This document shows, in pieces, positions 17,628-32,164 of a DNA stretch of 64,000 nucleotides; the first letter of the stretch is position 1, and every line of letters starts with the position of its first letter. Both the position numbers and the translations under genes were made by a program. A model generated the notes under the pieces. That model saw only the letters and a program-made list of their open reading frames with translations. It made no database searches and was not told where the DNA came from. The stretch is from the human T2T-CHM13v2.0 reference genome, Homo sapiens, in the NCBI RefSeq assembly GCF_009914755.1, contig NC_060925.1. The stretch is one strand, 5' to 3'.

Positions 17628-19078
17628 TGTCTTAGTCTGTTTCCTGTTGCTATAATAGAATACCTGTGGCTGAGTAATTTATAAAGGAAAGAGGTCTATT
17701 TTAGCTCATGATTCTGGAGGCTGGGAAGTCCAAGATCAGTTAACCACATCCGGCTGGCTTCTGGTAAGGGCCTCATGCTTCATCATAATATGCCAAAGAA
17801 GCAGAAGGGGAGGCAGGCAAGTGCAAGGAGACCAAACATGAGAGGTAGCCTCACTGTATATAACCACCTGGCCTCGCAGTAACTAACCAGTCCTGCAGAG
17901 TTAGAACTACTCCTTTGAGAATGGCATTAATTCCTCTTAACAACCTAATCACCTTACTTTTCCATGCTTTTACTTCCTCCTCAATACCGCCACACTGGGG
18001 ACGAAGCCTCAGCATGAGTTCTGGTCAGAAGAAACCACAGCATTCTGCTCCTCACTCCCCAAACTCATGTTCTTCTTACAATGCAAAATCATCCCATCCC
18101 CAAAATCGCCAAAATCGTAACTCGTCCTGCACCAACTTAAAAGTCCAAAGCCCAGAGTCTCATCTAGGAAACTATGAAATCAAAACAAGTTATCTATTTT
18201 CCAGATACAATGGTGGGACAGGCATAGGGTATACATTCCTATTCCAAAAGGGAGAAACAGGCAAGAAGAAGGGAGTAACAGGCCCAAAGCAAGTTCAAAA
18301 CCCAGCAGGTTAGACATTAAATTTTAAAGTTGGAGAATAATTTCCCTAAACTCCATGCACACTAGGGTTGGAGGTGGAGCCCTGAAGGCATCAGGCAGCC
18401 CTGCCCCTATGGCTTTGTTGGTGCAGCCCATGTGGCTGCTTTCATGGGTTGGAATCTGGTGCCTGTAACTTTCCCGGGCAGGCATTACCCCCTGCCAGTG
18501 ACTCTACAATTCTGGGGTCTCAAGGGTGGCCCAGCCCCTGTGGCTCTACTAAGCATTACCCTAGTAATGGAACTCAGCAGTGGTTGCACCCCTATGACAA
18601 ATCACTACCTGGGCCCCTAGGCTTTTCAATCACCCTCAGATATTTAAGTGGGGGAAGCCACACATCCATAGTTCTTGCATTCTGCACATGGAACTACCAA
18701 GGCTTACAGCTTGCACCTTCTGTAGTTTGAGCAAGCGCCACATCTGGGCCTGTTTGAATGAAGGTGTGGTGCTGCCAAGGTTTACAGTTTGTACCGTTTG
18801 GAGCAACAAGTTGAGCTGTACCTGAGGCCAGTTGAGCCACAACTGGCTGAGGAGTCCTGTTCCTGAATGCAGAGAGCAGAGAGACCCTAGCCTACCCTAC
18901 CTAGGCTCAAGGCAGCAAGCCCTTGCTGCCCTGAAGATCCTAACATTCTCAGACTGTGATCGGGGGAGCAGCCTCAAAGATCTCTGAAATGCCTTCAGGG
19001 TCTTTCTCCCATTGTCCTGATGATTAGTACCAGATTCCCTTCTAGCCATATTAATCTCTTTAGCAAACAGTTTCTGGG
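17628..19078 (-). mobile_element. MST-family MaLR: LTR (17628-18042) plus partial internal region
   Basis: tgtcttagtctgttt...aaaccacagca LTR followed by MST-int motifs (ccagatacaatggtgggacaggcatagg). No second LTR seen. Confidence 0.8.
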
Positions 19079-22000
19079 TATTGCTGTGATGTATTCTATA
19101 TTTTATTATTACTTTATTATGTATCTTAACTTCTCTACCAGAATGTAAACTAAGCTCCACAAGAAAAGAAACAGTGTTTTCATCCTTTACAGTACCAAGT
19201 ACATCTTCACTTAGCAGATCACAATAAGTCATGCTGAATTAAACTGCTGTTTCTTTAGTGTCAACATCTATGTATGTGAGATGAGCAGACTGTAGTGCAC
19301 CAATTTTTCATTTTAATGGTGTTTAAGAACCTTTAAAGGTTGTAGCCTGATTGATTCAGATGCAGAAACACACCAGTTGTAAAAAGGACTAAAATAAAGG
19401 GACGATTATCCTTATTTTTCAACACAGGGACAAAGTCTTAGTTTTGTTTTAAGCTTTTTATCTAAGTTTAATTCATATGATGCCTCATAAATGTTTACCA
19501 ATAATAACAATAACAATTTCATGTGGGAGTCTCTCTTCTTTACTTCTCTTATCTCCAAGGTTTTTATGCTTAAAGAAAAAAATATTGATACGGAGTTGGA
19601 CAACATGACTGAACAGAAGTAGCTAGTGTATGCCACTCTCATGAAGAGAAATGTAATGGGTGAGTATAAATACAGCACCTTCAATGGAAACATCCAAGTA
19701 CACACATTGGAAACGCATCAAGGAAATAAGCTGACCCATGGAGAATGGAGAAAAGCAAGGCAGGATGGCTGCCCACCCAGGAGTGACATGGAGCCAGGAG
19801 CACCTCCTCGGCCCAGGGAAGTGGTGAGTGAGTGAGCAACCCCTGAGACCCACACTTCTCCCATGAATCTTTGCAACTCTCAGGTCAGGAGATCCTCTCA
19901 TGGATCCACCCCATCAGGGCCTTCAGTCTGACACGCTGAGCTACATGGAGTCGTGGCAGAGCAGCCACTCAGACACACACACACACAGCCCCAGCAGCCT
20001 TAGATACCCAGGCTTCCTAGCAAAAGCAGCTGCAACTCTGGCAAAGCAGGAGGTTAGACCCCTATACATGTCCCTAGGAAATGGGCTGAATCCTGGGGGC
20101 CGAGCAGTGACAGTCTGCAGGCCTTGTTTCCATGGCATCTTGCAGGGTAAGACCCACTGGCTTGGGAAACAAGCCAGCCACTGGTGGCAGCATTACACCT
20201 CCCTGAGATGGAGCTCCCAAGGGGAGAGACAGGCCACCATCTCTGTTATTTCACAGCCTTAGCCATTGTTGCCTTTGGGCTCTAGGGAGTCCGAGTTGAC
20301 TAGGGACTGCAGTGGTCCCTTGGCATAGCCCAGAAGCTATACAGAGAGGCAGTCAAACTGCTTATTCACATGGATCCCAGACCACATTTCTCTTCACTGG
20401 GCAGAATCTCCCAGCTGGGGTCTCTAGTCACCCCCACTGGTGTTTTGCAACCCAAAGCCTCTCTGCCATTGCCTCTGCAGTGGTACTACCCCTGCTATCC
20501 TCAGACTAATGAAGACCCTAAGTGATTTATCCACACCTCCAACAAGCTGCAGTCAACTGAAGGAGAGGAGGCCAGTCTGTCTCCTATGGATCTCACCCAC
20601 ATCCTCTGCTCATCACCAGGCAGGGAACCCCTGACTTGGGCCCACACACAGAACCCCCCTATCCTGGGCTGATTGCACTGAGCAATTGCTGACCTTCATC
20701 TCTCTGGGGGTGGTGCCTACAGGAAACAGGCAAAAGATCCTTGGTCACAACTACTATGAAGATCCCTTCCTCTGCTGCTTCCAAGTTGAGGAGGAAACAT
20801 AAACCCTGAGATCACCCCAGAGCTGTGGTGGGCAGCCTGGGAGAGGGCCAAGCCATGATCTACAGCCAGTACTCAAGTAGGAGAGGAGCCCACACTTTCA
20901 GAGCATTGCGAGGGAGCACAGCTGCAACTGCAGAAATATAGGGGAGCCACACAACTGAGCAAGGGCCTACCTACCAACTGACCACTACCCCTAAGCACCA
21001 CCTACTGGATCACACCCCAAAGCTTCAACACCAAAAATACCTTGCTAACATACCCACTGTGAAGCCAAAGACAAGAAGTCAACTACAAATAAAGACCATG
21101 CAAAAAGCCTTGGCCTTGTGAAAACATCTAGAAAACAGATCTACTGACTGTACTCAATCTACACAGCAGTTAAAGAAACACCCACACACAGAGGTGAGAA
21201 AGAACCAATGCAAGAACTCCAGCAACTCAAATGGTCAGTGTCCACGTCCTCCAACAAGGATTCTTAACCAGGCTGTGTTGGCTGAAATGACAGAAACAGA
21301 ATTCAGAATATAGATAGGAACAAAGATTATTGAGATTCAGGAGAATGGCAAAACCCAATCCAAGGAAACTAAGAAACACAATAAAAGGATACAGGAGCTG
21401 ACAGATGAAACAGCTGGTATAAAAAAGGACCTAACTGATTGATGGAACTCACCCTACAAGAATTTCACAATGCAATCACAAGTAATAACAGCAGAAAAGA
21501 CCAAGCTGAGGAAAGAATCTCAGAACTTGAAGACTGGCTTTCTGAAATAAGTCAGACAAAAATAAAGAAAAAAGAATGAAAAGGAATGAACAAGACCTCC
21601 AAGAAATGTGGGACTATGAAAAGAGGCCAAATCTACAGATCATTGGCATCCCTCAAAGGGACAGGGAGAAAGCAAACGACCTGGAAAATATATTTCAGGA
21701 TATCATCCATGAAAATTCCCCAACCTTGCTAGAGAAGCCAACAGTCAAATTCAGGAAATACAGAGAATCCCTGCAAGAGTCTACACAAGAAAATAATCCC
21801 CAAGACACATAATCATCAGACTTCTCAAGGTCAAAATGAAAGAGAGAACGTTAAAGGCAGCTAGAGAGAAAAGGCAAGCCACCTACAAAGGGAACCCCAT
21901 CAAGCTAACAGCAGACTACTCAGCTGAAACCCCATAAGCCAGAAGAGATTGGGGGCCTATATTGAACATTCTTAAAGAAAAAAACTTCAACTAAGGATTT

Positions 22001-22320
22001 CATATCCAGCCAAACTAAGCTTCCTAAGCAAAGGAGAAATAAAATCCTTTTCAGATAAGCAAATGCTGAAGGAGTTCATTATCAAAAGACCCACCTTACA
22101 AGATATCTTGAAAGAAGCACTAAATATGGAAAGGAAAAACCATTACCAGCCAATACAAAAACACACTTAAGGACACAGACTACTGTGACACTATAAAGCA
22201 ACCACACAAACAAGCTGGCATAATAACCAGCTAACAACACAATTACAGGATCAAATCCACACATATCAATACTAACCTTGCATGTAAATAGGCTAAATGC
22301 CCCCATTTAAAAGGCAAAGG

Positions 22321-22720
<400 letters not shown>

Positions 22721-23808
22721 AAGGCAAAGTGGCAAGCTGGATAAAAAAGCAAGACCTAATGATGGTATGCTCTCTTCAAGAGACCCATCTCACACACAAT
22801 GACACCCACAGGCTCAAAATAAAGGGATGGAGAAAAATCACCATGCAAATGGAAATAAGAAAATAGAGGTTACAACCCTAATTTCAGACAAAACAGACTT
22901 TAAACCAACAAAGATTTAAAAAGACAAAGAAGGGCATTACATAATGGTAAAGGGTTCAATCCAACAAGAAGACCTAACTATCCTAAATATATATGCACTC
23001 AACACAGGAGCACCCAAATTCATAAGGCATGTTCTTAGAGACCTATAAAGAGACTTAGACTCCCACACAATAACAGTTGGAAACTTCAACACTCCACTGA
23101 CAGTATTAGACAGATCAGTGAGGCAGAAAATTAACAAAGATATTCAGGACCTGAACTCAACATTGGACCAAACGGATCTCACAGACCTCTATAGAACTCT
23201 CCACCCCAAAACAACAGACAACATATTCTTCTCCTTGTCACATGGCACCTACTCTAAAATTGACCACAAAATCGGACATAAAATGACCCTCAGCAAATGC
23301 AAAAGAACTAAAATCATACAAAACACACTCTTGGACCATAGTGCAATAAAAATAGAAATCAAGACTAAAATAATCACTCAAAACCATGCAATTACATGGA
23401 AATTAAACCACCTCCTCCTGAATGACTTTTGGGTAAATAATGAAATTAAGGCAGAAGTCACGAAGTTCTTTGAAACTAATGAGAACAAAGATAAAAACAG
23501 AAGAATCTCTGGGACACAGCTAAGGCTGTGGTTGAGAGGGATATACATAGCACTAAATGCCTACATTAGTAAGTTAGATCTCAAATTAACAACTTAACGT
23601 CATAACTGAAAAAAATTAGAGAAGCAAGAGCAAACCAAAAACCATTCAAAAGATCAATGAATCTAGGAGTTGGTTATTTAAAAAAATTAATAAGATAGCC
23701 TGCTACTAGACTAATAAAGAAAAAAGGGAGACATTTCAAATAAACACAATTAGAAATGACAAAGGGGATGTTACCACTGACCCGACAGAAATAAAAATAA
23801 GCATCAGA

Positions 23809-24095
23809 GGCTGGGCGCGGTGGCTCATGCCTGTAATCCCAGCACTTTGGGAGGCCAAGGTGGGCAGATCACGAGGTCAGGAGATCGAGACCATCCTGGT
23901 TAACACAGTGAAACCCCGTTTGTACTAAAAATACAAAAAATTAGCTGGGCATTGTGGCAGGTGCCTGCAGTCCCAGCTACTCGGAAGGCTGAGGCAGGAG
24001 AATGGCATGAACTCAGGAGGCGGAGCTTGCAGTGAGCCGAATCCCACTGCACCCCAGCCTGGGCAACAGAGTGAGACTCCATCTCAAAAAAATAA
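23809..24095 (+). mobile_element. AluY
   Basis: Y diagnostics (gagaatggcatgaac, ggagcttgcag); TSD aaaaataagcatcaga. Confidence 0.92.
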
Positions 24096-24276
24096 AAAAA
24101 TAAGCATCAGAAACTACTATGAACACCTCTATGCACACAAACTAGAAAACCTTGAAGAGATGGATAAATTCCTAGACACATACGCCCTCTCAAGACTGAA
24201 CCAGGAAGAAATTGATACCCTGAGCAGACCAGTAATGACCTCCAAAATTGAATCAGTAATAAAAAGGCTGCCAAGC

Positions 24277-24569
<293 letters not shown>

Positions 24570-24714
24570 GCCTATCAACCAAAAAAAGCCCAGGACCACA
24601 CACAGATTCACAGACAAATTCTACCAGATGTACAAAGAAGAGCAGGTACAATTCCTACTGAAACTATTCCAAAAAAATCGAGGAAGAGGGACTCCTCCTC
24701 AACTCATTCTATGA

Positions 24715-24915
<201 letters not shown>

Positions 24916-27409
24916 TAAATGTGATTCATCACATAAACAGAACTAAGGACAAAAACCACATAATTTTCTCAATAGATGAAGAAAAGGCTTTTGATAAAAT
25001 TCAACATTCATTCATGTTAAAAAAAACTCTCAATAAACTAGGTACTGAAGGAATATACCTCAAAATAATAAGAGCCATCTATAATAGACCCACAACCAAC
25101 ATCAATGAATGGGGAGAAGCTGGAAGCATTTCCTTTGAAAACTAGTGCAAGACAAGGATGCCTTCTCTCACTACTCCTATTCAACATAGTATTGGAAGTC
25201 CTGGCCAGAGCAATCAGGCAAGAGAAAGAAATAAAGAGTATCCAAATAGGAAGAGAGAAACACAAACTATCCTTGTTTGCAGATGACCAGATCCTATATC
25301 TAGAAAACCCCATAGTCTTGGCCCAAAAGCCCCTTCAGCTGATAAACAACTTCAGCCAAGTTTCAGGATACGAAATCAATCTACAAAAATAACTAGCATT
25401 CTTATACAACAATGACAGCCAAGCCAAGGGCCAAATCAGGAACACAATCCCATTCACAATTGCTACAAAAAGAATAAAATACCTAGGAATACAGCTAACC
25501 AAGTAGGTGAAAGAGATCTACAAAGAGAATTACAAAACACTGCTCAAAGAAATCAGAAATGACACAAACAAATGGAAAAACATTCCATCCTCATGGATAA
25601 GAATAATCAACATCATTAAAATGGCCATACTGCCCAAAGTAGCATCCAATGCTACTCCTATCAAACTACAAATGACATTCTTCACAGAACTAGAAAAAAC
25701 TATTTTAAAATTCATATGGAACCCAAAAAAGAGCCCAAATAGCCAAGGCAATCCTAAGCAAAAAGAGCAAAGCTGCAAGTATCACGTTACCCAACTTCAA
25801 ACTGTACTAAGGGCAACAATAACCAAAACATCATGGTATTGGTACAAAAACAGACACATAGACCAATGTCTATGAATAGAGAGCCCAGAATTAAGGCTGC
25901 ACACCTACAACCATCTGATCTTTGACAAAGCTGTCAAAAACAAACAATGGGGAAAGGACTCCCTCCCTATTCAATAAATCGTGCTAGGATAACTGGCAAG
26001 CTGTATGCAGAAGACTGAACTGGACCCTTCTCTTACACCATATACAAAAACCAATTCAAGATGGATTAAAGACTTAACTGTAAAATGCAAAAATATAAAA
26101 AAACCATTTGGGACATAGGAATGGGCAAAGGTTTCATGACAATGATGCCAAAAGCAATGTCAACAAAAGGAAAAACTGACAAATGGGATCTAATTAAACT
26201 TAAGAACTTCTGCACAGCAAAAGAAATTATCAGCAGAGTAAAGAAACAACCTACAGAAAGGGAAAAAATTGCAAACTATGCATCTGTACAAAGATCTAAT
26301 ATCCAGAATCTTAAGGAACTTAGATTTACAAGGAAAAAAAAAAACCAAAACAATCTCATTAAAATGTGGGCAAAGAACATGAACAAACATGTTTCAAAAG
26401 GAGACATACATGAGGCCAACAAGCATATATATATATAAAAAGCCCAATATCACTGATCATTAGAGAAATGCAAATCAAAACTACAATGAGATACCATCTC
26501 ACACCAGTCAGAATGGCTCTTATTAAAAAGTTAAAAAATAATAGATGCTGGCAAGGTTGCAGAGAAAAGGGAACACATACACTGTTAGTGGGAGTGTAAA
26601 TTAGTTCAAGTATTGTGGAAAGCAGTGTGGTGATTCCTCAAAGAGCTAAAAACAGAATCACCATTTGACTCAGCAATCCCATCGCAGGGTATATAGCCAA
26701 AGGAATAAAAATCATTCTACCATAAAGACACATGCACACTTATGCTCATCACAGCACTATTCACAATAACAAAGACATGGAATCCACCTAAATGCCCATC
26801 AATGGTAGACTGGATAAAGAAAATGTTTTACATATACAGCCATAATAAAGAACAAGACCATGTCTTTTGTGGGAACATGGATGGAGCTGGAACCTTAGTA
26901 AACTAACAAAGGAACAGAAAACCAAATACTGCATGTTCTCACTTATAAGTAGGAGCTAAATATGAGAACTCATGGACACAGAGAAGGGAACAACAGACAC
27001 TGGGGCCTACCTGAGGGTGGACAGTGGGAGGAGGGAGAGGATCAGGAAAAATAACTATTCAGTACTAGGCCTAGTACCTGGGTCATGAAATAATCTGTAC
27101 AACAAATCCCCATGAAATGAGTTTATCTATGTAACACTCCTGCACAGGTAACACTGAATCTAAAATAAAAGTTTTTAAAAAAAGAAAAAAAATTTTCTAA
27201 AAGTTCTTAAGTGGGCTTCAACTTCTCATGGTACCTATTAATAAATTTGATAATAAATATTGCTTAGGGTACCTATATAATACTTATCAATAAATGAATT
27301 TGAAATGTAATTCATTGGAAAAAATATAAAATATCTTTTTACTACAGTAAAAGTCAACAAAGTTTTAGAATTGACAACATTGAAAAACAAGCTAAATGAA
27401 AACAACAAT

Positions 27410-27936
27410 CTATACTGATTAATGTTTCATTTATTGTTGCTCAAAGTTAGATAACAGTAGGTTCAAATAGCCACTGGATTCTTAAAAATCTTTAGTAAAA
27501 CAAAATACATGGGAATAATATTAGTGATTAATCCATACAATAAGCAGATTCATTAAGTTAGCATTACTTTGCTTTCATAGAATATTTTTCTTCTTGTTAA
27601 GAAAATATAAAAATGAAATTTTACATTGGTTCTTGTCAAAATCCAATTAATAGCCAAATAATTATTTCTAAGTGCAACTTATTTCTAAGTGCAATCAGCC
27701 CTTAACTTAAGGGCTTATTGAAACAAAGCCACTGTAAAAGAGCTTTTCAAGAAGTTACAATATAATGGAAAAATAAATCGGCCCATACATTTTGTTGCAA
27801 AAAGTGAACAAAGCTAATCAAATACAGGAGAAAAAAATCCGAACAATTATGAACTACTTTTTAAAAATAAAAAGCATGCTTTGTGATTAGGTGTCTTTAT
27901 TCTTTCTCTTATCAATATAAAAAGTATTTGTTTGTT
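27410..27936 (-). other. HFM1: HFM1 3' UTR (distal end approximate)
   Basis: Non-repetitive AT-rich sequence between the stop codon and a minus-strand AATAAA at 27430-27435. Confidence 0.7.
27430..27435 (-). terminator. Probable HFM1 polyadenylation signal AATAAA
   Basis: tttatt on the + strand, ~500 nt past the stop, followed by GT/T-rich minus-strand sequence. Confidence 0.7.
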
Positions 27937-28006
27937 TTAGAAAATACCATCAAATATTCCCAATAAAGACTTCATTTCATCAGCTTCATCATCAGGATGA
28001 TACATA
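27937..28006 (-). CDS. HFM1: HFM1 last coding exon: MYHPDDEADEMKSLLGIFDGIF*
   Basis: Pyrimidine tract ending ttctcccag|T; TAA at 27939-27937; C-terminal peptide recognised as HFM1. Confidence 0.95.
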
Positions 28007-28270
28007 CTGGGAGAAAGAAGAAAAAGTAAAAATAACTATTTTTTAACACAATTTATTTTAAAATACACAATAAATAATGTAATACTAAACACAATAAAAT
28101 AAACTTGAAGATTGCTATGAAGTTAATGTATCAAATAAACTTCAGTATGCATAACTTTGTAGGAAGTCTGTTGGGGAAAATTAGACTTCATAAAATGCAA
28201 ATGGTAGGAACTGTAAAGGTTATTTCTTTAAATATATTGAAAAGTTATGTCATTTAATAAAGGTGTGAAT

Positions 28271-28383
28271 GGCCTGGTCCAAGGGAAGTGTTGTTTACAA
28301 CTAATTGATCACAACCAGTTACAGATTTCTGTTTCTTCTGCATCCCCACTGCTTCACTTGACTAGTCTTAAACAAAAGCAAAA
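28271..28383 (+). pseudogene. Y3 RNA (RNY3-derived) retropseudogene in the last HFM1 intron, antisense to HFM1
   Basis: Near full-length hY3 match (GGC-TGGTCC...GTTTACAACTAATTGATCACAACCAGTTACAGATTTCT...CCCACTGCTTCACTTGACTAG). It has an A-rich tail and a degenerate TSD (aaaggtgtgaa / aaacagtgtgaa). Confidence 0.92.
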
Positions 28384-28887
28384 CAGTGTGAACAGGTCTC
28401 AAATCTTTTGACTCTTCAAGGAGAGAGAAACTGCAACACAGTTTCCTTTTCTAAAATGGCCAGCAGTGGGGGAACCCATGAGATTTAATCTGACATTTTC
28501 ATTGAACGTGTTGATTGTGAAATAACTGGTTAACTAAAATACAACTTCAACTTTTGAAAAATTAGCTGATCTCATCTGGATTTCTCAAGTGACTTTACCC
28601 TTTACAAAATTAACATACTGTATTCAAATCAGTAAAAGTAAGTTTATCAACTCAATATAATGTTTGAATAAACAGCATCAAACATACGGGTTTTCAAAAA
28701 CTGAGGTATATGATGTTTGAAACATCTTAAAGAGCTTAGCTCACTGAGGTTTGAAAATTTTAATGTCTTTAATAAATGAAATGTTCAGGCTGTGATCTTT
28801 AAAATGAAAAGGAAAACGGAAGGCTGAATTTCTTTGTGAAAAGTTTTTTATTGATATAATCTTAAAGTGTGTTTAAAGAGTTCTTAC

Positions 28888-29039
28888 CTGAAATCAACTT
28901 CCTTTTTACATTCACTGTTTCTAATAAAAAAATCCACTTTTTTATAATTTGAAGAATTTGGGTTTTTTTCAGAGAAAGTAAAGCATTGCTTCTCAATCTC
29001 TGGTGACAGATTTTGTGGTTTTCTTTCTTGAAAATGGAC
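28888..29039 (-). CDS. HFM1: HFM1 penultimate coding exon: VHFQERKPQNLSPEIEKQCFTFSEKNPNSSNYKKVDFFIRNSECKKEVDFS
   Basis: tgtag|GTC ... TTCAG|gtaaga; 152 nt; in frame. Confidence 0.94.
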
Positions 29040-29127
29040 CTACATTTGAGATAAAAAATAACAATCATTGAAAGTTTAAGCACTCGGGCAAAATTTAAAA
29101 GAAAAACAAAGAAGTGCTTCTTCTTAC

Positions 29128-29239
29128 AATAACTGCATTTCCAGCTTGTTGAGGTAATTTTGTCATGGAGGATGCACTGAACTTGGGCATAGCAGAATTT
29201 GATAAAGAAATATCCGACATCTCATGTGATGAAACAAAA
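29128..29239 (-). CDS. HFM1: HFM1 coding exon (~exon 37): FVSSHEMSDISLSNSAMPKFSASSMTKLPQQAGNAVI
   Basis: tttttag|T ... ATT|gtaaga; 112 nt; followed by an 88-nt intron. Confidence 0.93.
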
Positions 29240-29669
29240 CTAAAAATTAAAATTAATTATTTGTAAAATACGGCAAACAAGAAAAACCATTCTAATTTGG
29301 ATCATAATGATTTTTGGGGAATATGATCAAAGTTTATCACATTTATCACAAAAATGTAATGCATTGTTTCTAATATTCATGGAGAGCTTGGTATATTTCC
29401 TTTCCTTTAGACCAAACCATAATTTACATATCCCAAATTAGGAAAAAGTACTATTTTTAAGGGACTATAGAAATAATTATTCAACAATTTTCTTTAAAAT
29501 TGAGTCTTATGCTTAATTGTCTATTACATAGAACCCTATAAACATTTTCTAAATTCCACTTGCTTAACTTTTAATCTCCTTTCTCTATTCTGGTCTCATT
29601 GTAGTTAGACATCTCTAGTTATCTTATTAGATATAACTGTATAGAAGAATTTACTCTGAACCTTCTGTA

Positions 29670-30000
29670 TTAACTCATTCACTAAAACACATTTATTATT
29701 CACTATTATATGCCAGATATTGTACTAGAAGCTGTGTATGAAGTGATAAAGAAAACGTCAGGGAGTTACCATCAAGCAGACAATGAATAAAAACAAATAT
29801 ATAAATAATTATAAATCCTGAAATTATAAAAAGAAAATGAACTGGGTAATAGCATAAGAAATAATAGTGTGGAGCCATAAGCCCATTTTTAAAAGATGAT
29901 CATCAATGCATCTCTGATGAGGTAACCATTTAAGTTGACACCTGAAGGCTAAAATGTAACAGCCATGTAAGGAGCAATGGGCAGTGTGGGTGGAGACAGG
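29670..30000 (-). mobile_element. L2 3' fragment
   Basis: attcactaaaacacatttatt...atgccagatattgtactag, the L2 3'-end signature. Confidence 0.65.
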
Positions 30001-30106
30001 GAAGAATCACATATACTGATAGAATTGGATCGTTTTGTCTCTGACTAATAAATATATATACATGGCAAGGAATTAAAATAGTAAAAAGTGTATAAAAGAA
30101 AAAGCA

Positions 30107-30368
30107 GGCCAGGCACAGTGGCTCACACCTATAATCCCAGCATTTTGGGAGGTTGAGGTGGGAGGACAGCTTGAGTCCAGGAGTTTGAGGCCAGCTTAGT
30201 CAACATAGCAAGACCCCCATCTCTAGAAAAAAAAAATTTTTTTTAATTACCCAGGCATAGTGGTGTGTATGTACCTGTAGTCCCAGCTACTTGGGAGGCC
30301 GAGGTGGGAGGATCTCTTTAGCCCAAGAGCTTGAGGCTGCAGTAAGCCCTAATTATGCCACTGTACTC
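30107..30368 (+). mobile_element. AluJ lacking its last ~30 nt and poly(A)
   Basis: Alu ends at gccactgtactct; aaaaagca on both flanks. Confidence 0.85.
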
Positions 30369-31006
30369 TACCTTAAATAGGTAAAAAAGCAAATCTCCTT
30401 TCCACCCCAAATCCTCAGGTCCCACAGGCCTTTTCCCCAGCAGCAACTTCTACACCAGGTTCTCAGAGGCTTCTTGTTAGAATCCATTTTTAAGCCCACA
30501 CATCTTCTGTTGGTCCCTTCTAAACTCTTCCAAAGGTATTTGTTGTTTTTTAAAGGTGTGGTGCACAAAACTGTTCATATGCCTTGTTACCTTCCTCCTT
30601 ATGATTTACCTACTTTTTGCTTCTCTACACCTACAGCTTTGTCTCACTTGGATGGTTATATCCGTTTATTCTATGTCACTCAAGAGTTACAACCAAAGAA
30701 ACAAAGTGATAAAAAGACTCATTTTAAGCAAATGTTTTAAAAAGCTATTCAGTGATCTAAGAAATCCTAACATGGAACAAGGGTGAATGAGCTCCTGGTC
30801 ACTGGAACTGTCTTGGTAGAGGTGGCATGATTACTTGCCAGTGATGTTGAATGATGATTCAAAGATCCAGTGAGAGGGAGACTAAACAATACCAAAGTCG
30901 CCCCTAGCTCTGGAATTCTATTAAAACTATGAGTCTGTGATGCTGATACTAATAATCAGTAATGGCCAAATAACAGCAAAAATTCCAAGGGATACCACAA
31001 ATTTAG

Positions 31007-31310
<304 letters not shown>

Positions 31311-31854
31311 AGTATTTTTTTAAAGCAGAGAAATAAATAATCCTTAAGTAGAAAATCAGACCCTGAATAAAAAGTTGTTGGTATTTCTTCTGTTTTGAAA
31401 ATTTTGACTTTGGCCATCATTTCTCTCCCTTGACTTCTAATCAAGTCCAGTATTTCCCAATGCATTTTGCATTTTTTGTAAAGATACTTCAAATTGAAGA
31501 TTTATAAAATTATGTTTTCCATTCTAAATCTCTTATGTTTCCTATATCCTTAAATAACATCTACCTAGGTGCCATTTATTCTTCCCTCTTCCTCAACTAT
31601 CATATCCTATCAATTGCCACACTGAATCTGCTCTATTTCTGAAATGTTTTAAAAATCCAACCCTACCTCTCTGTTCCCATCACTTCTGCTGTAGTTTAGG
31701 CCTCATTATAGTCTGTCTTTCTCATTGGCCACCATGCCTCTGGCAGTCCCACTCCCTACGATTCACTCTGCATACTGCTGCTAGGATGATTTTTTAAATC
31801 AAATTGTTTTTTCTGTGCTTAAATATTTTGGATGGTTTCTCACTGCCTACCATA

Positions 31855-32164
31855 CAGGTAAAAACTAGAGGGCCCTAGGACACATCTGGCCTATAGATAT
31901 TATTATTATTTGGAGGAGGGTGCCACAGAGTATATCACATTTTTTTGAATTAGTTGTCAAAATTTAAAAATAATAAGATATCACATAAAATTTCAGATTC
32001 CTAGCTTTTCTTGAAAAGTCAGAATATTTTATAACACTAGACTCACATTGCCTGCACAGTAACAACTGCTTGGAGCTGAGTAGTGGCTGCTCCCTTTAGA
32101 TGGGACACTCTACAGTTGGCCTTGGCCCACCAAATCTTGAAGGTATTTGGGTTTGCGACCCCTG
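31855..32164. mobile_element. MER102-like hAT DNA transposon inside an L2 remnant (~31560-32390)
   Basis: tttgaattagttgtcaaaatttaaaaat...ggagctgagtagtggctgctccctttaga...tttgcgacccctg. Confidence 0.7.

Noticed and set aside
28457-28475. CCAGCAGTGGGGG as a CTCF site
   Set aside because: It mismatches at key core positions.
28862-29083. 73-aa minus-strand ORF over the penultimate exon
   Set aside because: It is an alternative frame of the real exon; the HFM1 frame is fixed by splice phases.
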